Origin: Lenisia limosa
Taxonomy: Eukaryota > Protista > Breviatea
Assembly: GCA_001655205.1 (NCBI GenBank)
Contig: LPNZ01008929.1
Span: 1 to 44,364, forward strand
DNA: 44,364 bases
Direction: 5' to 3'
Numbering within the stretch: the stretch's first letter is position 1; the number at the start of each line of letters is the position of its first letter. Positions 14,600-25,400 of the stretch are shown one piece after another. The notes below the pieces were generated by a model that had not been told where the DNA came from, did not search any database, and worked only from the letters and a program-made list of their open reading frames with translations. Position numbers and translations under genes: made by a program.

Positions 14600-16300
14600 A
14601 AAATGACTGCCCCCCCCTGCAATTGTGGTTGAAGACATGGTCTCTTGATGCAGCTCAATCTTTAACACGAAAACAATCCCAGAAGAGATGACCTGTCAAC
14701 TCGTGTCAGTCTTGGTTATGTCTCCATGACCGTCCTTGCTGCTTGAGCTCATTGAAGCACATCGAAGTGTTGTGGATTCTTTTGTTGCCACACGTTGGTG
14801 TACTTTCTTTTTTCTTTTCTTAATGTTACCAGGGAGATGAACAACAGACCATCTTCATTTAGTGTGATCATTAGGAGTGAAAAATACCGATATAAAATCA
14901 AATAATAGGGGATTAAAAGAAACAACTTGTTGGGATCGTAGCATCATTACCTATCTTCCTATTAGGCTGTTCAGCCCAAGTTGGATGTTCCTTGTTGAAT
15001 TCCTGTTATTGATTTTATTTTAGAAGGCCCTATATACAGCTAGCACTGTTACTCGTCCCTCCACCTACCAAAGGTTGGTGTGTTTTTACCAGCTAATGGT
15101 TTGAGATACACAAAATGACACTGCAGTCTGTTTTAAGCTATGGATTTAATCGGACAATAAGGGTGCAGGAATGGTTTTGAGCACATTGAACATCAAAGAA
15201 AATAGGATAAAGGACGAGAAGTGACTCATTCAACAAGTGGACAATGACGTTTTGCCGCCCGAAGAGCCTTCACTTATCTTCCCGGTCAAACAGGTGAGAG
15301 GAGCACAATAATTCCAATTGGTCATTTTCTTTTCTTGAAACACTGTTGTTTCTCAATTATTGGTGACGCTTGCTAGATCACCCCTTTTGAGGATGGACCT
15401 GTGGAGATTCAGCATAGCAGCGACGATGAAATTGAGGATTTGAGTGTCTTGAAGCCTTTTGAAGATGTGTAGGTGTTAGTCTGTTGTGGTTTGTCATTGA
15501 TTCAGCCCTACCCAAGGCCCCCTAAGACCCTCTCCAAGAAACTATGGGGATATTGGTTTCTTTTCTTATTTGATTCGCCCTGCACTTCCACCAGTCAAAT
15601 CCAGTCAGTCAGCGCCTCCAGCCAACACGTCTTGGTCACGATGAAGAGGAGTACAGGAAAGTGTCGGTGACCGGTTAGTGACCTGTCTTTATTGATAATT
15701 GATTTAGGTTCATTTGGGAAGCGGATTCTTTTTTCTGCTGTTTTGGTATTGGTTCCATTTGGCTTGTTTGCTCTGTTTGCCTTTGTTTATTTTATTTTTC
15801 CCCTACTATTGTATTCCAACCTCCCTCTGCTTTTATTGCCAGTCCCGATTGGGGATTGGTGATAATGGTTGGTGGTAGGGTTGCATCGTGTGCATTTTCA
15901 TTCTCTAAAAGCAAATCTAAATTGTGTAATGAAACCTGGTAACAAGGTCAGTAATCAGTCACTGACCAGTTACTGACAAAGTTACTGACCTTGGTCATTG
16001 ACCCTTTCTGTGGGGCTGACGAGAAGAAGTTCAGACGATTGGTGGATGAGATTTGATGCCAAGCTTGCTGCTTTAATGAAGCCCACGAGCTCCAAATGTT
16101 TCATTTGAAGAATATTCTTTTGAAAAGTTTGTCAACTCAACGCTTCAGGTTTTATTTAGTGATGAAATTGTTGTGGGATGAGGCAGAAGCCCTTCAGGTC
16201 GAGGAAAGCTTGAGCGACCACAGCCAATCAAGCGTGCTATCGAATTACGACTATCCTGAAGGAGTCTTTCGAGTTCAGTTTCTAGGCTTAAATTAAGATG
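14600..16300 (+). pseudogene. Possible decayed coding or transposon relic
   Basis: Coding-looking fragments broken by stops and frameshifts (e.g. DEKKFRRLVDEI then a frame change to DAKLAALMKP; ITPFEDGPVEIQHSSDDEIED). No coherent model or family. Confidence 0.2.
15943..15993. repeat. 12-bp perfect inverted repeat with internal ACTGAC copies
   Basis: caaggtcagtaa (15943-15954) and ttactgaccttg (15982-15993), with further actgac copies between them. Confidence 0.8.
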
Positions 16301-16499
16301 TTTCAATTTAGAGTGTTTTAACCAATGTAATGATCTTATCCCACCTTTACAACTCCAAGCACACAGATTCCTTATTATTGGGCGTGTCTGCTCCATAGAT
16401 TCAGTTGAAAACGCAATGTCAATAAGAAAGGTCAATTTTCACATTAATTTCAAAAAATAACATTACCTAACATAATATGTGGTACAAAATTCAAAACTA

Positions 16500-19400
16500 T
16501 TACCCGTAAATGTACTCAGTAAGTTGTACGGCATCTTGCTCTTCGCCCAAGGCGTCCATTTCCTGGATATCTTCATCCTCTTCGTAGTTGTCCATTTCAT
16601 ATTCATCAAGGTCTTTGTCCATTTCTAAACTATCAGCAGAAATTCAGCCTCACCATCTTGCTTTGGAGGGGCCTTCTCCTTAAAGAAGCCCTTTTTAACA
16701 CCAAAACCTATCAAGGCGGCACCCATCAATCCGCCACCTGTGTCATAAGAGACCGCAGCACAGCAGGCTCACCAATGATGAGATAGTTATTGACTTCGTT
16801 GTCGTCAACCTGTGTGACTTGTTCCACTGCGGGGGCAATAACAGGTGCGGTAAACCGCAACGGGGTGAGAGACAACACATTTTCAATGGGAGGAAACGCA
16901 AAGTCCAGGCTTGCTATCATCACAGTTTCAACCGTCTCAGTGACCTTGACGTGAGAAATGGTGATGGCCTGCCTACATTGATAGTGTCGACGCTGACAAA
17001 AATTGATATTGGCTCAAATGACACAAGGCTCTGAAAATAAAAAGAAATTACATGAGCGAGTGAACTCACCTGCACGTGAAGAGTATCAGCACTGCATACG
17101 ACAATGTTGGCTGAAGATACCGAACACGGAGATATCTGGAGCGATAAGATGAGATGAGTCCCCTACAGTTGCGTTGTATTCATCAAGTGACGGAACTTCA
17201 ATGGTGGCAGTAATACCATTTGACGTGATACCCTTCGGCAAAGCCTGCACTTCGAAACTGGAGTGTTACGAGGGTTCAAGACAAGTTACCTGAGCTGTTG
17301 TGCTGATGAGGGTCCAACGTTGTTGATGTTCCACTCCATGCTGAATGAGCCACCAGTGGTGACAGTGAAGATGGTATCGCCAGTTGAACTGATACCTGCG
17401 AAGAAGCCTTGTTGAGGTATCATCAGCATTGTCACGGATGAAGATGCAATAATCTGAAGAATGAGTGCTATTTCAGGCAAACCTCCGATGTGACATCAAC
17501 AATGTTATTGCTGAGGTCAAGGTCCTGAATTGACATGGTAGCAGCGCCATTGACAGTCCAGTTGCCGACAGACGACAATGAGTTCGTTGGCATCTGGGGG
17601 TGAGCTATAACGGTTGCCTACCAAGCTAAAAATAAGGTACAAACATCCGGGGGTTGAAAAGGTACAGGCAAGAAAATTGGACTTGGCATTGATTGTTGGG
17701 ATTTCGCATCTGAAGAAAACATGTTCCTCGGAAGTTGTCCAGTTCTGTCCAACAGCAGTGGAAATTCCGGCAATAGCAGCCACAGAATTGTTTACCTAAG
17801 TAATAAAGGTCACAAGAAAGCAAACCAAGGAACAGCTTGACGGGACGCTTGTAACTTCATAGGCAAGAGGGATGGCCACTAAATTGTTAATTCACGTTTC
17901 TATAAAACAATAAATACTCAGCAGCATTATCAGCCGTTCAGAATATCCAGTTGTGTCGGAGACATACCAGCGACCTTGACATTGGGTGACGGCGATGGCC
18001 CGTTATTTGTTAGGAGAAATGTGAATGTGGAGGATATTCCTGTGGGTGGCTTGGTAGGGTTGACGCTCGCTGAAACTGACAGGTCTGTTTGGGGGCTTGT
18101 CACTGTGATGTATGTGGTACTGTTGTTATCAGTCTGGATTGGGTCCAGTGCGTAGGTCGATTCACTGTGAACAAGATAAGTCATGTTGGTGTTTTCAGCG
18201 ATTGAAACGTCGAAAGGAGTTTTGATTGAAAACAGAATGGAGGCGATTGTTCCTGATGAGATGATGCCGGTGACGCACGTTATAGTGTCCTGAAGAGTAA
18301 CACAACAAGAAGGCCAACATGATCTGGTAGTTCACAGGTTGATGACGACGAGAAGACTGACAGCGACGACGTGTCCAATCCACCAGGGAATGAGATGAGA
18401 CCTGATGCAGTAAATTCACAACTATCAATTATTATAAGATAACCATCAGAGCCATTGGAGCCAGCCTACTTTCAACATTTTTTGCATCTGCTGGACCTGC
18501 GTTTGCCATGGTGTGAGTAACCTAACAAGTAAGTTGTTCATGAGTATATGATTGATCCACCTCAGTACTACCGCCCGAAGCGGTGGTTGATGGCGAGGCC
18601 TTGAGGCGAATCGTGAGATCGGTGTTGTGCTGAATGGCTGCGGTCACAGTCGCCTCGTTGTTTCTCATTATATTGTCAGCACCATTATGCAGAACTGAGG
18701 CCTACAGTGGTAAATGGTAAACACAATTAAAGTTGGGCTTGGGCATGCTAACCGAAGCTGTAACAGACGTGACTGTCGAGTTGATGTCGCTATTCAGTTT
18801 CCAAGAGAGCACAATCGGGGCCGATTCTCCAATGGCCACGTCACCAACGGAGCAAAGCACGGTATCAGAAGACTGGGTACAGCCCGACGGAAGGGTAATG
18901 ACTGTGACAGGAACTGACGGTTTATTGAAAGTTACAACAACCTGAAGATAAGACATACTGGAGAGGGCATACCGATGAAGCGGTACGTGGGCCCTTGTTG
19001 AAAACCGAGGAGGAGAGGACCAAATAGTGCCCTGCAGCCGTGGCTTTGGGATTGGTGATGCCAAGTGACACGTCACTGGATTGGTCGAACTACAGCGTCA
19101 GACATGAGAAGACACCAACATAGTAAACGCTGGTAATTAAATTTCCAGAGGCAGTGTCGCCGCCGCACGTGGTCGAAACCGTGAACTGCTTCTGGTCAGA
19201 CGTTGTAGTCCCTATTTCAGCCTCGGAGGGCATTGCAATCATGAAGGTGGTGGCAACCTGGGAGTGAGAGCGACAAAAAGGCATACGGATTCTCCGGCAA
19301 GAAGGCCTAGTGATGAGTAAGTGTAGTTGCAAGATGACAATGAACAATCCGCTGCAGGAACGGCACTGGTTACCGAGTCCACAAGAGCGTTGTCGCCAAC

Positions 19401-22400
19401 TAAACCGTCAACGCAACAACCGAAGGACTTCACAAAGCAACCACCCACCGAAGGAGACCACAAAGTTGTCACAAGGCGAAGGGCCGGCGTTTGTGAGAAC
19501 AGCCACAAAACGAAGAGTCGCATCCGGCGCCACATTGGTCCTAAAGGGTTATGCGGATGGCGGACCTACGAAGGGACGGCGGCAGAAAAGATGGACAGCT
19601 CGGACTTCATCATCGATTCAGCAGTGACGCTGGCAATGTTGGGGGTTGACATTTCAACGGTTGTCGTGTTGGCAGAGGCAGTGAGGGTGACGGACGGGAG
19701 GGGCTCAGTCAAGTTGGATGGAATAGCCACAAATCCTCTGTGGTGGTGAGTGTAGCTGTTACAAACCTGATGCTTTTGGATGCTGCTGAGGCAACGGTTC
19801 CAACGTTACACCTGTAAAGTCATTTAAGAACAACAAAAGATGAACAAAAAGTAATCACGCTGACATGATAGAAGTTCCGACGAACGAACAGTCCAGGCCA
19901 ATGGGAAGGCTGAGGTCCAGACCAAGGTCGCTATCCAGAGAAACAGTCACATTATCAGATGAAATGTAGCCCGAATTGCGAACCAAAATCTGAAGGTCAG
20001 ACCCCAAGGAAGGAGGCCTACCGAATATGCCAACTGGCTGCCAACAATTGCCTTGCTGCCCACGGTGATGGAAATCTAAACCGTCAATGCCATGCAAAAC
20101 TGTTTCGCAAGCTCAAAGGGGCAAACCTGGATATCCGTCCTTCTTAAGACTGTGACAGACGGGTAGGCCCCAAGATTGGCAAGGAATTCGGTACCAGCCT
20201 CCGTTGCCTTAGGGGTGAGAAGGATGATAGAGCATACCTTGCTACTGAATGTGATAACACACTCTGGTGTGGACGCTTCAACTTGGTACTGTATGGCCAT
20301 TGTCTTGGACGTGGCGACTGGCATGGACCCGAAGTCACACGTGATGTTCGTGGTGCCTGACAGTAAGAATACCTGGTAGTTCTTACCAGTGATACACTGT
20401 GAGAGACCTCCTGAAACGTAGGAGACATGAGGGGGGATGTCAATGGAGATAACCGATTGACTCGAGGGTGAAGGGCCCAGTTGCTGCATTGTATACATTA
20501 CCACAACGACTGAACCTGCGTTGACAAAGCTTGTCACGTCGGAAGACAATACAAGCGTGGCTTCAGACACCACCGGCAGCGTGACTGTACTCTCCGTCGT
20601 AACGGTGGCAGTATTCGCAGTGGTTGCGATGAACAGCGAGGCCTGCAACAATTATAATCAGAGAATTGCCCTACATTAGTAGCACCAAGTTCTGTGTTCT
20701 TTAAGGAGACTTTAGCATATGATACAATACCACTTTGCAGTGATGGCAACGTGCATCTGAAGTTGCCTAGAGAGTGAGCGGAGTGCGGAGCAAACCTAGG
20801 AACGGTCCACAAGACATTGTCGATCCCGTCGACAGAGCCACAGTGGAGCCACTTGCGGCGGTAATGTCGAGAACCACGTCTTTGGCATCAGAAGGGCCTC
20901 GGCAGAGGACAGATAGCGTCACAATACTCGCTACAAAGTAAACTACAACAAGGCCTTACATGAGCCGTCAACAATGTTGGCGGGGTGTACTGCAGAGTGT
21001 GATAGAACTGACACCTTTGACACGGGTCGGGTTACAGCAGCGGCAGTATGGCTGCACACAGCCGACGATAGTGTCGGTGTCAGAGTGATTGATGCCACTG
21101 AGAGACTGGAAGGGATCTCAAGAACGATGTCTACAAAGTAAGACCCGAAGACTTGCCTACTGTTGGAAACAATGCTCGCGGAGGTCATGTTAGTCAAGTC
21201 GAAGCTCAGATCAGCGGGGGTGCTGACAATGGCAGGAACTGTCACCGGTACGCTAATACTCAGTGTTACGTCTTTTGCCTGTTGCGTTAGCCGCAGAGCC
21301 GCCAAGAATCAGAACATACCATTGTGGGTCCTGAGTTACTCACAGATGCTACCAATCGAACCTGAAGAATGAATCCTCAAACAAGGCTTACCGATTCTCC
21401 ACTGATAAAGCTGGTATCGTTGAGAGAAATAATGGATTGGCTGAGGAACAAGCTGCAGCTGGATAGCAGGTCAAACGTCATGTCAACAACATTGTTGGCC
21501 ACGTAGGCGTCTGTAACACTCGACGTTGAGGCGGAAGCACTGTACGCGATTGCGCCTGTTGGTAAGATCTTTGGCCGGAAGTTGAGCCACTAACCTGGGG
21601 AAGCAGTCTGGTCAATGAGGAACGTCACCGAAAATGTGACCGTGTTGAGAGGGTCAACCAGCCCTGCGAAGGTGGCCACCCCATGTGTTGCATTGGATGA
21701 TGTCAGAATGTCAGGGCTAACTGACATGATAGCAAACACACTCGGGATGTCGAAGATGACTTCAATACCACTGGCCTGGCTTGGACCAGAGTTGCTGACG
21801 TGGAAGCTAGCCACTACGGTCGAGCCAATTGTCAAAGACGTCTGGCTCACAATGTTCAGCTCAAGATCCGCACCGACCACAATATCTAACAAGGCGGCGG
21901 CGCTGTTGTCTGCCAAAACTGGGTCTGTGTCACTGGATGCTGACGATGTCGAAATCGCTAGCGTCGCCCCAGGGTAGCTAATCGGAACCTGGCAGTTAGG
22001 ATTACAGACAGCTTAGATACCTTAATAACGATGACAAACGAGATAGCTTTATTGGCCAAAATCGTGTCGGTGGACCAAGACAGCGTGCAGCTTCCTGTCG
22101 TCAAGTCACTGCCTGAGGGACATCCAACGCCGCGACTCACTCCAGAACTTTCTGTCAGAATACTTACATCCTGGGAGTGAAATGGAGATGTTTGAGCATA
22201 CCTGTGGGATCACGATATCAGACACCGTCGTATCGGCCATGGTTGGCCCAAGATTGGCTACAAAGAGCGAAATCTGAAGGATAATATTCGTAGTATTACA
22301 AACCTCGAGATTCTGGCCAGCCATGACAGTTGTGACCGGTGAGCCAAGGACTGTGGTCTGCATTTCGACGCGAATGTCAGCACCAGTGGCCACACTACAA

Positions 22401-25400
22401 GCCAAGGTGGCGTTGTGGTCGTCGGTGGAGCTGTCAACAGTGCCGCCGCCTGAATGTTAGGAAGGTTGAATCGAACCAACCAATCACGATGTCCGAAGAA
22501 AAGACCAGAGCCGAGCCTTCAGCCGCGTCTGCACTTCCAGAAACCTGGTGTGTTTTATTAATTTCTTGAGAGTTTGGCCTACCTGGAATGTCAAGACTTT
22601 GCCGCGCGCAATTGACGCAATAGTGCACGTGACGGGGTAGAGGTCATCACAAACGGCCCCGGTGGGTGTGGTCACGACGCGACCGGATAGCTCGACTGAG
22701 GTGTGAGACAGGGCAAAGGACTAACCGGCGGACGGCGTGGTGAGCGTGACAGTAATGGGTCCTGCGGTGGCTGGACCAAGGTTGGAGACGTAGCTGTAGG
22801 CCGTTACTACTCTTGCCGGAAGAACGGTCTCAGCTGGGTACGTCGCGATTTGCACAGACATATCGGCTCCCTGAGAGTGAGAATACAGGCACGTGACCGA
22901 CCTTGGACACGCCAATGCTGCCAGAAATGGACGTCTCGTTGTTGAGTGTGGCGCTGGCGTCGACAGAGAACATGGCGTAGCTGCTTGTGGGTGTGAACTT
23001 GACCGAAAGAGAAACGGATGACAGGGGCTTCAGGTCCGGAAGCGGACACGAAGCGAGTGTGCACTCCAGTGTCGGGTGAGGCGGCGTGAGAAGCAGAACC
23101 GTGGTCAACTCGGGAGACTCGCTGACGGTGAGGTTCAGTACCTAGACGTAAGATGGGACTGGAAGGACCAACAGAGTTGAAGTTTGTGGACGGCCCGCTA
23201 TTAAGGACGATGAAGGACATTTCGCCGGTTGATTCGAGGAGGAGCAAGGACGGGGCTACAGGCACCACAAACGATGACAGCACCAATGTGCTTGCAACAG
23301 TGATTGTGGTGACTTGGTACGCATCGTCATTGCTGAAATCGGACTCTACCCCAGAACCGGCCGAGGTTCCTGACACGCTGACATTGGCGGTGATAATGTC
23401 GCCGGCCGGAGTGTCGCTGTCCACTATTACGGAGAGAATGCCGTTTCCTGGTTCATAAGAGCACGGGGGGAGGGGCTTACCGTTAGCGTAGTCAGTTGTA
23501 ACGCTGAGAAGGTCACACGTCACACTAGCGTTGGCGACAGGCGTTTGGTCCTGAAGAGTGCAGCTGGATGACAGCGAGCCAGTAAAGAACAAGGTCGGTG
23601 TGAACGTCAACCGGTTGAGTTTGATGACAACATTGGCTGTAGCGGCCGGGGCCGGGCCTAAATTCGCCACCTGCAAATGAGAAAAGAAGGACCCTCAAGT
23701 CCTACCAAAATGGAGAATGCGGCTGCGTCACCAGCAATAGTCGAAGTTGGGCCGGAGATGACAGTTCTCAAGTTGTAATCCTGCAGTACGTATATGGCCA
23801 GAGGGTCTGAAATGAGAGCACTTGTGTCAGCGACAGAAGCTATGGCGCCTGGGGCAGCAGGGTTGTCCAGAATCTCAACAAAGCCGTAGAGCTTGGTGGT
23901 CAGTTGTCAGCAACAGCCTACCTGCGTTTCAGTAATGGAAGCGGACACGGCAAAAGCCACAGAAACGGTGTATGATGTCACACTTGGCGTAATACCAGGG
24001 TCGACCAAACAGTCCACGTAGTAGGTCAAAAAAGTACATGTTGCTGGGATCGAACTGGATGCCGAGTTGTAGACCAGAGACGTTGGCATTGTTCCATTGG
24101 GGTGGCGGAAGTGCATGCGGTAAATAAACCTGGGGGGGTAAGTTGATCAAGAGCGAACCTACGTATACGAGTCGGAAGGGCCATAGTTTTCAACCGAGCC
24201 AATAAAGACGATGCTGGCCTCCGGAGCAGTGTACATTTGTCCGTCCTTGAACCCAGACGTTGACGCTGTAATGCGGGGGTACTGAACAGTTAACTCCAAC
24301 AAGAGCTTACCAGTTTGTTGGTCCTTGCAAATGATGACGTCATATTACTAGACGAAATGCCAGTCAGATGTGGCGTCCACGTGTAGTCCAGCGTCACATC
24401 CAGACTATGACCGGGCTCAGACGAGGGGTTGGTCAGGACCGTGACGGAGAGGAGGGAGCGTGTTCCGGAATCGATGGTCACGTCACTGGTATAGTGCACA
24501 ATCAGTCCGTTGTCTGTAGGTGTGGTGGTGTAGACGGCGGGGTAGACAGACATGAGCGTGACGGGTTGAAGGGATTCGAATGTTAGAGACACCTCCAACG
24601 ATGTGCAGGTTGAGGGACCCGAGTTAAGGATATTGGCAGTGTACGTCGTTGACTGGATGGTTACATTTGAATGAAGGCTCAAGAAAACACATACGGTAAT
24701 TGCACCTCTCCCACCAATCCTGCAGTGACAGTGGAGCTCCCTGAGATTGAAGAGGACAAGCTGGCTTCGGTCCGAACGGCCAAAGCAAACGTTTTAGACA
24801 CTCCGGTCACACTCTAAGGAGTTTAGACACCCCGGTCACACTCTAAGCCGGTCACACTCTAAGGAGTTTAAACACACAGGTCACACTCTAAGGAGTTTAG
24901 ACACCCCATTGAGCATGTAGTTGCTCCCCTTCAGCCCCATGCCCACCACTCCCGAAGACTCCTGGCCGACAACTTCCGAGGAAATGAAATACACACCGGT
25001 GGTTTTGGAGGACGGAACGATGACAACAAGGTCAACCTCACCAAAAAGACCCTCATACACCAAAGCAGTTGTGCATGTGGTCTCAGCGTCTCCGTCGCCC
25101 TGAACGTGAGTTTTACAGCGTCAAAGGGGGCTTACGTTGATGACGGGAGCGCTGCACGATGACGGTACGGATTTGAAAGTGAGGTCCGTCGGGAGGGTGA
25201 ACACGGCTTGGACGTCATACGCGGCCGACGGTCCCGAGTTGACGAGCGCCATTCTGAATAGTCACCAACACAATAAGGCCGGACCAACCGGACAAGAACG
25301 TAGTCTCCCGATACAGCCTCAGCAGGATCCGGCAGAAGCATGGTGGCTATTATCACAGACTGGGAAACGCTCGTAAACTCGTAAGCCACCACATTATTGG

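Noticed and set aside
18400-18470. Apparent frameshift or GC donor in alpha repeat 16
   Set aside because: A downstream canonical acceptor (…gcatcag) restores the frame as DAKNVESLISFPGGL.
24793-24907. CRISPR-like look of the 29-bp repeat
   Set aside because: The copies are contiguous with no unique spacers, lie in a eukaryotic intron and have no cas genes nearby.
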